DNA from: a virus
DNA length: 64,000 bases
Strand: one strand, 5' to 3'
Virus record (IMG/VR): IMGVR_UViG_3300005338_000001
Coordinates: 1-64,000 of that record
Shown here: positions 19,904 through 28,293 of the stretch, piece after piece
Numbering within the stretch: the stretch's first letter is position 1
How the letters are laid out: each line of letters opens with the position of its first letter
Translations under genes and position numbers: made by a program
The notes under the pieces: generated by a model
Databases searched by the model: none
Told to the model about the DNA's origin: nothing
The model's input: only the letters and a program-made list of their open reading frames with translations

Positions 19904-21322
19904 TTAAGAAGTCGGGATTCCGGTCATGTCTGGAGCCGGATAGCCGGGTGGAAGCGAAACTCGTTCTCCCGTCGCCTTGCGCTCTACTGGCACCGCAGAC
20001 GGCAGCGGCATGTTTGATGTCGGCGGCGCAACTGGCGTCGCCGCTGGCAACGGCATTCCCGTGGCGAATCCTCCGCCTCCGTACTGTGGGGCCGACACAG
20101 TTCTCATGCCGCCTGAAACTCCCGCTCCAACTTCCGCTGCTGTATCGCTCGGCAGCACCCATCCGCCCTTTGGCGGGAATACGCTGCGCAAAATGTCCGC
20201 GCGGGCGGCAGGGTCGTTTTGCGCAGCCTGCCATTTCGCGCCGAGATCGGGACTCGCGCCTGCAAGATGCGCGCCCAACGCCTGATCAAGCGGCCTGCCC
20301 ATCTCAACCAGTGTTCCGTTCGCGGCTGGTGCGGCGTACTGGCCGCTGGCGTTTGTGTAACCTTTGCTCGCATCGTTCGGATCAACCACGTTCCATTGCG
20401 TGACCTCATGGCTTTGTGGAGCGAACAATGAGTCCCAGTCCTTCGTGGGAGTCATCCCCGGCGCTGGAGCGGCGTTCAGATCGCGGTACTTTCCGGGAAT
20501 GTTGTTTCCTTCGGCGTCTTTGTTCGCACCGTCGCGATCCTTTTTTGGAATGGCGCTCTGATCTCCGGGTACGTTTGTCGGCTGCGCAAGGGTGATTCCA
20601 ACGTCCTCTGGAAAGTATCCATGCTTGTCGGCGAATTCCTGACGCGCCTGATCGCGCTGCGAGAAGATCGGTCTTTTGTCGGCATCGCGCCCGGCCTTTT
20701 TGAGTGCGTAGCCCCTTGCGGATTCGGCGCGATCTTGTCGCTTTAGATCGGCATCTATGCGCTTGTCGCCCGCAGATTGAGCAGGCTTGTTCGCAGCGGG
20801 CTGTGGATTTGCAGCAGGTGCAGGAGGATTCGCAGCAGGCGGCGCAACTTCATTTCCAGCATCTGGCACAACCGGCCTTTTGGGCACGGGCATTTCCGAT
20901 TTCAGTTTGTTCCACACCGCATCGGAAACTCCGGGGGGTCGTTCCTTGTCGCGAGCATCGAATGCCGTAAGTGGCTTTGTGATGTCACCGCGCGGCTCAG
21001 AGATAAATGGCGATACGCTCGCGGTCGATGCAGTATTCTGTGCTTGAGCAGGTGCTTTCGGCACCGGTTGCGTTAAGGTTTTAGGGGAATCGGCAGCATC
21101 AATCGGCCCGTCGTGAATTGGCTCGTTTAGCGCCGCGATGGTTTCGCTGTCGAGATCGCCAGTCGCCCTCTGTTGATTTGCACCCCTTGCTTTCTGAAGT
21201 CTGATGATGGCGCTTCTGGTTGCTGCATCGAGCTTCCCGTGAATCGCGCCTGTGTACCATCCATAGGATTTCAGCTTCTCTTGAGCGTCCTTGATGGCTG
21301 CTGTTGATGCTTCTTTCGCCAT
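19904..21322 (-). CDS. Peptidoglycan-binding domain protein (putative internal virion protein)
   Basis: IKDAQEKLKSYGWYTGAIHGKLDAATRSAIIRLQ...TGDLDSET fits the PG_binding_1 pattern; GGAGG before ATG 21322; remainder is Pro/Ala-rich. Confidence 0.75.
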   Translation of the reverse strand: MAKEASTAAIKDAQEKLKSYGWYTGAIHGKLDAATRSAIIRLQKARGANQQRATGDLDSETIAALNEPIHDGPIDAADSPKTLTQPVPKAPAQAQNTASTASVSPFISEPRGDITKPLTAFDARDKERPPGVSDAVWNKLKSEMPVPKRPVVPDAGNEVAPPAANPPAPAANPQPAANKPAQSAGDKRIDADLKRQDRAESARGYALKKAGRDADKRPIFSQRDQARQEFADKHGYFPEDVGITLAQPTNVPGDQSAIPKKDRDGANKDAEGNNIPGKYRDLNAAPAPGMTPTKDWDSLFAPQSHEVTQWNVVDPNDASKGYTNASGQYAAPAANGTLVEMGRPLDQALGAHLAGASPDLGAKWQAAQNDPAARADILRSVFPPKGGWVLPSDTAAEVGAGVSGGMRTVSAPQYGGGGFATGMPLPAATPVAPPTSNMPLPSAVPVERKATGERVSLPPGYPAPDMTGIPTS

Positions 21323-21414
21323 GTCAGTATCCTCCAATTATCGGATCGGCCACCGCATCCGCGATGCTGGGAAGCTTGGTTTTTAGTCTGGGTCCGGCCA
21401 TGTCAGTATCCTCC
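21318..21414. repeat. 18-bp direct repeat GCCATGTCAGTATCCTCC (21318-21335 and 21397-21414)
   Basis: Exact repeat; minus strand reads GGAGG-ATAC-TGA-C-ATG-GC (SD + stop + start). Confidence 0.9.
21324..21401 (-). CDS. 25-aa mini-ORF MAGPRLKTKLPSIADAVADPIIGGY, similar to the C-terminus of the upstream protein
   Basis: Own GGAGG SD and ATG; fills the gap exactly; ends DPIIGGY* versus upstream DPTLGGY*. Confidence 0.55.
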   Translation of the reverse strand: MAGPRLKTKLPSIADAVADPIIGGY

Positions 21415-22404
21415 CAGCGTCGGATCGTTCAGTTCATCCGCGTTCAGGATGCGCGGGATTCTCGTATTCGCGGGACGAAAATTGCTGGCCTGCCGACTCA
21501 AGCGGCCCAGTGCTCGGTTCAGCGCCCTGTCGGCCCGCTCGTCATCGGTGCCGCGATACTGCAAGTGCAGCAGTGCGTCCTCCAGAGCCACAAAATTGTC
21601 CACGAAAATGAAGTCGTTATCGAGTTCCGCCTCCACGAAGCGCAACCGCAGCAGGCACGAAGCCGTGTAGGTGTCGGTGTTGTCGGGAGCGACCGGAGCC
21701 TTGTAGCGGCGGTAGTTCGGGTTTTTCTCGCTCGGCTGGTACGCGGCGACCAGATGCTCGTTGGTGGCCGGATTTGGATCGCCTGGGTCAATGGCGTAAA
21801 CCGTGATGACGCCATTGGTATTCGGCTTCACCACCTGAGTGATTTTAGTGAACGCATTCGTCGTCGTGACGCTTCCGGTCGCGGCCAGCAAGTCCACCGC
21901 CTCCCCTGTTCGGATGTTGGTTCCTGTGGTTGTGCGGATCACCCTGCCGTCACCGTCGAGTCCGTAAATCTGAAGGATCGATTCGTAGATTTCCGTCGTC
22001 GGACTGGCGTCAGTGTAGAACTTCAGCAGGCATCCTGCCGCGTTGATGTCGCGCGGTTCACGGATGCAGCAGTAGCCGTCCCCCAAGTCCACGATCTGCC
22101 CCACAACATTCGGGTCCGTGGCCCCAGTCATTGATCCCGGCCCAGCGGGGCTGTACTGGAGCCACGGATCGCGAATCAGCAGCGGGTTGGATGACCGAAG
22201 GATGCCGAGACAGGTCTGGTAGTAGCGAGGAAGCGTGAGGATGCCGCCGTAAATCGGCAAGTCGTCCTGTAACAGTGCGTCCTTGAGCTTCGTGTCGGTG
22301 ATGAGGACTTCGCAGGCGGCGTTAATTTGGTCGGCCACCAGATCCGGATCGAGATGCGACTGCTTACGAAGGATCTTTTGTTTGGCTTGTCCGAGGGTGA
22401 GCAT
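21403..22404 (-). CDS. Putative head-tail adaptor / tail tubular-like structural protein
   Basis: Helical N- and C-termini around a beta-rich core (LTLPRYY..CL), first gene of the internal-protein operon. Confidence 0.5.
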   Translation of the reverse strand: MLTLGQAKQKILRKQSHLDPDLVADQINAACEVLITDTKLKDALLQDDLPIYGGILTLPRYYQTCLGILRSSNPLLIRDPWLQYSPAGPGSMTGATDPNVVGQIVDLGDGYCCIREPRDINAAGCLLKFYTDASPTTEIYESILQIYGLDGDGRVIRTTTGTNIRTGEAVDLLAATGSVTTTNAFTKITQVVKPNTNGVITVYAIDPGDPNPATNEHLVAAYQPSEKNPNYRRYKAPVAPDNTDTYTASCLLRLRFVEAELDNDFIFVDNFVALEDALLHLQYRGTDDERADRALNRALGRLSRQASNFRPANTRIPRILNADELNDPTLGGY

Positions 22405-22461
22405 TCGTCGATGAATAATTCATGGCGACGCGCGGGCCGTGTAGCTGCGTACTTGGTGACG

Positions 22462-22490
22462 AGATTACGGAACCGGCGCAGGAGTGTCAA
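22462..22490 (-). promoter_or_regulatory. Sigma70-type promoter TTGACA-N17-TAATCT for the virion protein operon
   Basis: Consensus -35 and near-consensus -10 at 17-bp spacing upstream of 22404. Confidence 0.6.
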
Positions 22491-23881
22491 GCGGTCAGTT
22501 TCAGCTTCACGTCCCACGGCCTCGGCTTCCCGAAAAAGCAAACAACCTTCACCTTCTTTTTGTTGAGCGGTTTGTCGTAGTCGAGTCCCTTCAGCCAGTT
22601 GAACCGATAGCTCGTCACCTCTCCGGGATGCAAGTCTTGCCATGTCGCGACGGGCGGCATGTAGGTGTTCCAAAAATCATCGTCGCCAGCGAATTCCTCA
22701 ATGTGCTGTTCTGGATTCTGTGTCCACCGCTCCCAAGCGAGTTGCCGTTCCGTTGGATGCAGAAGCATCATGCCGCACTGTCTCGGCTTGTGATCTGCGA
22801 CTCCTTTTCGGAACTGTTTCAGCACGACCGTCTCGGGATGCGCGAAGTAACCATCCGGAAGTTCCCGAATCGTTGTGTCGAGATCGATGTAAAGGAATGG
22901 GCTGTCTGGAAACACTGTCGGGCGGAACATTTCCATTTTGCTCCACCATCCCGGCCAGCCGTGCAGCAACGGAACCACGTTCAGTTTCGGAAACAGCTTC
23001 GCATCGAAGTCAGTCATCAGTGTGACGTTCGCTTTTCCGATCTGCTTCACCATGCGGTGAACGTGCTCTGGCTTTAAGTCGCCTCCGCTGCGGAGAACCA
23101 GAACGACGTTGCGTTCACCGATCTTACTTTGTTTCTGCGCGAGCGTTTTCTTTGCCGAACCGCGCATGTTGTGCAGCTTCTGTCGCCAATGTGGGATGTC
23201 GCGCTCGCACGCGGCGATCACATCCTCAATGGAACGATGCGGCATGATGCCGGCGAGTCTTGATTCCGGGTTGCTGACAGTGAAGCGCACGCCCTGTGTG
23301 GCAGCCTGTGGCACGAAGTCGGCGAAGAACTTCACTGTCTCATCATGAAGGAATTTGTTCTCTGCGCGCTCCTGCTCAGTGAGGTAGTTTCCGTCAGCGT
23401 AGTCGCCTTTCGCGTGACTCAGATCCACCCCCACCAACGCAATGTCGCGGATGCCGAGCCAGAGGGTGAACTGCAAGGCTGACAGCAGGGAGTTCTTACT
23501 CTCGTAGAAGGTGCTGCGCTCACTCCAGTCCCACACGTTGCCGATCTTTCTCAAGTCGAGGAAGCAGGTGTTAATCAGGTTTACCAGCTTCACGCCTGCC
23601 ACCTCACAGTCACCGATTCCGGCGCGCATGATTTTCGGGAACGGCTCGAAAAACAACGCCTGATTGAAGTTTTCCGGCGTGTCAACGCCATGCCAGTAAT
23701 CCGGCTTCAGGCGCGGGTAGGTATTGTTCACACCGATCACGATCCGTCCAATTCCTCGCAACCTTTCCACTGGTTCGTGCGCGAAGCTCGGGCCGTTACA
23801 CGCGATGATGCCCTGCACGCCAAGATGCGCGTTGTGTAGGTTGAACGGGCGCAGCCGAGATCCGTTGTATCGCCAGAGCAT
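22487..23881 (-). CDS. Two-domain glycosyltransferase: Maf/GT42(DUF115)-like N-terminus plus GT8-like C-terminus
   Basis: N: IIACNGPS, VIGVNN, ALQFTLWLG..IALVGVDL; C: GWWSKMEMF, YIDLD, GDD, VCFFGKPRPW; TAATG coupling to the upstream gene. Confidence 0.75.
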   Translation of the reverse strand: MLWRYNGSRLRPFNLHNAHLGVQGIIACNGPSFAHEPVERLRGIGRIVIGVNNTYPRLKPDYWHGVDTPENFNQALFFEPFPKIMRAGIGDCEVAGVKLVNLINTCFLDLRKIGNVWDWSERSTFYESKNSLLSALQFTLWLGIRDIALVGVDLSHAKGDYADGNYLTEQERAENKFLHDETVKFFADFVPQAATQGVRFTVSNPESRLAGIMPHRSIEDVIAACERDIPHWRQKLHNMRGSAKKTLAQKQSKIGERNVVLVLRSGGDLKPEHVHRMVKQIGKANVTLMTDFDAKLFPKLNVVPLLHGWPGWWSKMEMFRPTVFPDSPFLYIDLDTTIRELPDGYFAHPETVVLKQFRKGVADHKPRQCGMMLLHPTERQLAWERWTQNPEQHIEEFAGDDDFWNTYMPPVATWQDLHPGEVTSYRFNWLKGLDYDKPLNKKKVKVVCFFGKPRPWDVKLKLTA

Positions 23882-24450
23882 TACGGGCCGTAAACGGTAG
23901 CGGACTGAGATACCCCATCCCAATCAATGTAGAAGATCGTGAATCCTACTCCCGGCGATGAACCGCGCGAACCTTTTGATCCTTTGGAGCCTGTTTTTCC
24001 GGTGTAACCGCTGTAGCCTGAATACCCAGAATAGGCCGATCCTCTTGAACCTCGCGAGCCGCGTGATCCGCGCGATCCGCTGAATCCAGAATACCCTGAG
24101 TAACCAGAACCGGTCGCGCCTTGCTGCCCATCATTACCGTTGCCGGGCACAGGGCCGAGCGGCCATACCTCGTACAGCGGCTTCGGCGCAAGCGGCACGA
24201 TGGGTCCGCCGAGCGGTTTGCTCGGAGGCGGCTGCATCTTCCATGACGGATTGATTCCTCGAACCGCCTCAGCCAGCCCGTCCATCGTGATGGCGGGCGG
24301 GTTCTTGCTCGGCTTCGGATTCGGAGCGCGCTGCATGTCCCTGAGCTTGTCCAGCGCAGATCGCTGATCCAGCTTGTCGAGCGCCTTCTGCGCGTCACGT
24401 GCGTTCTTGCGGATCGCCGCCTTCTCAGGTGTCCATTGAGCGTCTGGCAT
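23881..24450 (-). CDS. Collagen-like Gly-X-Y repeat protein rich in Ser (GYS/GFS/GSR/GSK)
   Basis: GATGSGYSGYSGFSGSRGSRGSRGSRGSAYSGYSGYSGYTGKTGSKGSKGSRGSSPG. Confidence 0.75.
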   Translation of the reverse strand: MPDAQWTPEKAAIRKNARDAQKALDKLDQRSALDKLRDMQRAPNPKPSKNPPAITMDGLAEAVRGINPSWKMQPPPSKPLGGPIVPLAPKPLYEVWPLGPVPGNGNDGQQGATGSGYSGYSGFSGSRGSRGSRGSRGSAYSGYSGYSGYTGKTGSKGSKGSRGSSPGVGFTIFYIDWDGVSQSATVYGP

Positions 24451-24453
24451 CGG

Positions 24454-26238
24454 TTAAGGCGGAACGGGTTTCGGATACGCGACGTAGATGATCGTGAATT
24501 TCCACAGCCGATGATTGTAGCGTTCGTGCTTCACCGCCGCCACAATGTAGGTGTCGCCATCGGTCGGCACGACAGGCGGCACGGTAGCTGAAATGGATGG
24601 CGTGTAGTAAATCCACTCAGCCGCACTGGCCGGAATCGCCACGTTAATGGAAGCTGCGGGATGGATGGTGGCGGGAATCGTGAAGGTACGCTCATTCGCG
24701 ATGGCGCGGCCACCACCAGCCTTCGCCAGAATGGCAATCGCGGTAATGGCCTGCGGCGAGAACAGCGTTACCTTCGGAAGCGCTGCAAGGAACGCCGTGT
24801 CTGTCGGATTGGAGGTGTAGCGCTCGAAGAAGGAAGCCGGACATGGCCCTCGGTATCCCTGCTCGATCTGCGCTTCCAGCGCCACGTCTGCCGCAATGGA
24901 GTCCCCGTCTGCCACGTAAGCGTGATACCATGTCAGGTCGCGAAGGCTGTCCGGCCAGCTATACTCGTATGTTCCCAGCGTGTGGATGTCCTTGCTGCCG
25001 TCTTGGTGCAGCATCCAGTCCAAGTCAGCAACATCAGCGGATGAAACGATCCGCACACTCCGCAGCCCGTCCATGCCCATCGGCTTGTACTCGATGGAAA
25101 CGCCATCACCAGCCGCGATCATCTCAGCGGTCAGTAACGCAGCGGTGGCCGGCACGGCTGACTGCGCGACGATCTGTTTCGTGATGCGTACTGCCGTGAA
25201 GGTCTGCTGATCGAGGTCGCTCTCGGGAATCAGCGGCCCATAGACCGGCTCGTAGATGCGGGTCAGCGCAACGATCTGGCCCTTCTCATTCTCGTAACTC
25301 TGATCCAGCAACTTGACGAAGTAGCCGACCGTCATGGTCAGTCCCGAATGCGATCCGGTGGCCGCTTGGCTGAGCGTCAGCGTCGTGGTGCTGTCGATGC
25401 TGACAATCGTGGTGCCTGCCGGGATGTCGGTGCCGGTCACGAGTCCGCCCGCGTACCGGCCTCCGGTGCTCGCGACCGTGAGGCTGGTGGTGCCGTGGGT
25501 GGAGACGCCTGTCAGCGTTGAGGTGAGGCCAAAGGTGCCGGCAGTGAAGCCGATAATCGGGCAGATGTCGGACAGCGGAGTTCCGAATGCCTGTGACGTA
25601 TTGGGGATGCGCCATGTAATTCTTGGCCATGCAGTCAACCCAAATGGCGTTTCGATCCGGTAGCCGAATCCATGCGCTTCCGCAGCGTCGTCCTCGTCGG
25701 ACAAATCCGGGATGTGCTCGAACACGCGCTTCACTCGAACGTAAATCGAATCGATCCTCGGGTCGCCAGTCTGCTCGGTCAACTGGTCCGATTCAATCAG
25801 CGTGGAATCAGGAAATACAGGGTTGCCTTCAACATCCAGTTGCGGATCGGCAGTCCCAAGTGCCAGCGGCCCGTCTCGCAGCCAGTCGTCTCGCCGCATG
25901 ATGTAGGTGCGTTCAATGCGAGGGAATCGCGCGGGTCCGTAAGGCGCGGAAACCTCAAAATTATACGAGTCCTGATCCGTAAGGTCTTTGGTGTAAACCA
26001 ACAGCATCCAGCCCACGCCCACCGAGTCGTCAGGCTTGATCAGCGACAGGATGTGCTCGGGAAACTTGACGGTATCGGGATGAGCCTCGCCGTACTCGGG
26101 CGGCTTCGGCCTGCTCGTGATCGTGTCGGAGTTCAGGTACCGATAAACGAAGAAGTCCGCGAGATTCTTCGTGCCGTATCCCGCCACGTAGCTGACGCCT
26201 GGAATCGGCCATTGCTGTTGCGTCGGAGGTGTCGGCAT
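24454..26238 (-). CDS. Putative virion structural (tail/baseplate-like) protein
   Basis: Start reassigned to ATG 26238; beta-rich, internal repeats (PYG..FPRI / PFG..WPRI) and a Thr/Gly-rich inserted domain (VTGTDIPAGTTIVSIDS...LTLSQAAT). Confidence 0.55.
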   Translation of the reverse strand: MPTPPTQQQWPIPGVSYVAGYGTKNLADFFVYRYLNSDTITSRPKPPEYGEAHPDTVKFPEHILSLIKPDDSVGVGWMLLVYTKDLTDQDSYNFEVSAPYGPARFPRIERTYIMRRDDWLRDGPLALGTADPQLDVEGNPVFPDSTLIESDQLTEQTGDPRIDSIYVRVKRVFEHIPDLSDEDDAAEAHGFGYRIETPFGLTAWPRITWRIPNTSQAFGTPLSDICPIIGFTAGTFGLTSTLTGVSTHGTTSLTVASTGGRYAGGLVTGTDIPAGTTIVSIDSTTTLTLSQAATGSHSGLTMTVGYFVKLLDQSYENEKGQIVALTRIYEPVYGPLIPESDLDQQTFTAVRITKQIVAQSAVPATAALLTAEMIAAGDGVSIEYKPMGMDGLRSVRIVSSADVADLDWMLHQDGSKDIHTLGTYEYSWPDSLRDLTWYHAYVADGDSIAADVALEAQIEQGYRGPCPASFFERYTSNPTDTAFLAALPKVTLFSPQAITAIAILAKAGGGRAIANERTFTIPATIHPAASINVAIPASAAEWIYYTPSISATVPPVVPTDGDTYIVAAVKHERYNHRLWKFTIIYVAYPKPVPP

Positions 26239-26270
26239 CGCCGTGCCTGTAGCCGAGATGCAAGGCTGCG

Positions 26271-26477
26271 TCAATCCACGAATTCGCGACGCAGCGCGAC
26301 AGTCGGCTTCACGCGGCCCGGAAACCGAACAGCAATCGACTCCGATGCATCGTTTCGTCTGATGCCCGGCCACTGTTCCTGCACTTCGGAATCGTCAGGG
26401 CGCAGGACTTCGACTTCCGTTCCTGCCGGATACATCACTCCGCCAAGCTTGCCGCCATATTTTGTCCTGAGTGTCAT
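26271..26477 (-). CDS. Hypothetical protein
   Basis: 68-aa ORF co-directional with the structural block. Confidence 0.45.
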   Translation of the reverse strand: MTLRTKYGGKLGGVMYPAGTEVEVLRPDDSEVQEQWPGIRRNDASESIAVRFPGRVKPTVALRREFVD

Positions 26478-26732
26478 GATGAGGAAATTGGACTGGCGCA
26501 GGAATTGGAGTCCCGTGCACCAGCATGGCCGCAAAGCCACAGCGTCCCGTTACCAGATGCGTGCCGCCGCGTCAACGCCTCAGTTTCAGGTTGACGCGGT
26601 TGCGGTGGCTGTGCAGAGTTGCGACAGGTGGACCTGCAAGTGGCCATCGGGATAAAATCCGAGACACGGGCAGGCGTTAAGGCTTACGGTGAAACGCCGT
26701 TATTGAGCCGAGCCGCAAGCCGCCTCCCTAAT

Positions 26733-26804
26733 CGCGGGTTAATTCATCGGCAGAAATCTGGCCTCATAATCCGGAAGTAGTGGGTTCAATTCCCACACCC
26801 GCAA
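26733..26804 (+). tRNA. tRNA-Met(CAT), initiator (fMet)-like
   Basis: Acceptor CGCGGGT/ACCCGCA with C1:A72 mismatch, loop CT-CAT-AA, T arm GTGGG-TTCAATT-CCCAC, discriminator A; no encoded CCA. Confidence 0.85.
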
Positions 26805-26854
26805 CCCCTCTGCGAACTTCCTTGCATCCGCCGCCGTTGCGACGAAGATACGGA

Positions 26855-27064
26855 ATGATTACTTCGCTGCTGTTCATTTTGCTCTACGCACTCGTCGCGC
26901 TGCTCTGCCTCCTGCTCGTCTTCTACATCGTCGAGCTTTTCATCGCCATCCCGCCGCAGATCAAGAAAATCATCTACGCCATTGTCGGCGTCCTGCTGCT
27001 CATCCAGATCGTCCAGCTTTTCGTGGGCGGGTCGCTCTGGTTTCCGCTGCCGATGCGCAGGTAG
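26855..27064 (+). CDS. Small two-helix membrane protein (possible holin or exclusion protein)
   Basis: 69 aa, two hydrophobic segments separated by PPQIKK, basic C-terminus. Confidence 0.65.
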   Translation: MITSLLFILLYALVALLCLLLVFYIVELFIAIPPQIKKIIYAIVGVLLLIQIVQLFVGGSLWFPLPMRR

Positions 27065-27114
27065 CGCTGCTGGTGTTCCTGTTTGCGGCGCTCGGCATCA
27101 GGCTGCCGTGACGG

Positions 27115-27609
27115 TCAGTAGTGGATTTTAGGCGTCATCTGAGGTCCGATTGAAAAACTCGGATAGGCGCGGAGGAATTCTTGCGGGTTCTGTGCGCGCT
27201 GCATTGCTCGCCACTGTTTCCTCGGCATTCCTTTTGGTCGTCCTGCTGAATTTCCGTTTTTCATCTTCGCCCTAGCCTGATCGCGAAGCTCCTGCCATCG
27301 ATCCTTTTTCCGGATCTTGTTTTGTCGCGGCTTGGACATGAAGTTGTTGGCGTAACGGTCGCGCAGCTCAGCAGCATCCAGTGTGTCTGTTTTGTGCCGA
27401 TGAACCATTCGGTGACAAGCGTGGCACAGCAGCACCAAGTCCTTCAGGATCGTGTCGTACGGTGTTGCGCGATACTTCCAATGGTGACACTCCAGTTGCC
27501 TGTCTGTGCGGCAGATCACACAGGCGCGTTTGTACCGCGACAGGCATTGGATGCGAAGCTGTTGCCAGTGGTCGGTGGTGAGGTATTGCTGGTACTGCTG
27601 GGCGTTCAT
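27115..27609 (-). CDS. HNH endonuclease with basic C-terminal tail
   Basis: YL..DHWQQLR, CVIC, LECHHWKY, DLVLLCHACH..VH. Confidence 0.85.
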   Translation of the reverse strand: MNAQQYQQYLTTDHWQQLRIQCLSRYKRACVICRTDRQLECHHWKYRATPYDTILKDLVLLCHACHRMVHRHKTDTLDAAELRDRYANNFMSKPRQNKIRKKDRWQELRDQARAKMKNGNSAGRPKGMPRKQWRAMQRAQNPQEFLRAYPSFSIGPQMTPKIHY

Positions 27610-28250
27610 GGGATCACTTAAAACGAAGAAAGGAAAGAACAGGAAAAGCAAAAGCCCCCCCGAAAAGCTGAGCCGCTACCATGCGGAAAAGGAAAGAAAA
27701 AAAGAAGGAAAACCAGAACACCGCCACAGCGATGCTCGACGTTTTCGCTCTTGCTGGTACGCCAGTCCTGCCGATCCCGTTCCTGCCAGCGAACATCATC
27801 GCATTCAGGGCGGGGTAGAACTTAGTTACCCTCTACGCTTGGGCTGGCTGTAGCGACGCCCTTTCGCCGGGATTTACATGACCGGCAACGTGGTTCGTGC
27901 CGTTCCCTGAATTGTGATCTGAACGCGGCCTCAACGCCAAGCCATTGCCCTAGCCCGGCCACTGAGCGCTCAGTGTAGGCATCGGATCGCCGTGGGAATT
28001 ATACCCACCGCCAGATCACAATTCAAAGAACGGATTTGCATTGGCGTCATCCAAGTCGTGCCCCAAAAAGAGGGAGTGCCGTACAAAGAGAAAGCCGCAG
28101 CGCGATTAGGGCGGGCTGCGGCTTTTCTACAGGATACTCGTCCTGCTAAGCATCTGGCTCGGGCCTTGCGGCAGTTGCCAAAGTTAAGAAAGTCTTGTGT
28201 TCGCGCCCTAATCGCGATGCTGCAAAGAACTGCCGTCACTCTGCCTCACG
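27610..28250 (-). ncRNA. Putative structured non-coding RNA / leader upstream of the HNH gene
   Basis: 22-bp inverted repeat 27900-27921/28012-28033 whose two mismatches are U-G wobbles on the minus strand; internal hairpins; no convincing ORF. Confidence 0.55.
28085..28127 (-). terminator. Terminator/attenuator hairpin AAAGCCGCAGC-loop-GCTGCGGCTTT followed by a T-rich tract
   Basis: 11-bp stem; its loop is complementary to 28204-28216. Confidence 0.7.
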
Positions 28251-28293
28251 CACCGCACCGGCGCAAGCATTTTCTCAGAAAAGTTTCGGCGCG

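Noticed and set aside
26855-27064. Definite holin or lysis cassette
   Set aside because: No adjacent endolysin or spanin; kept only as a generic small membrane protein
27993-28008. GGGAATTATACC as the missing right end of the IS1595 element
   Set aside because: Lacks the TTGAC part of the left end, has no matching target duplication, is not followed by the tnpB remainder, and is better explained as a hairpin (GTGGG/CCCAC) in the structured RNA
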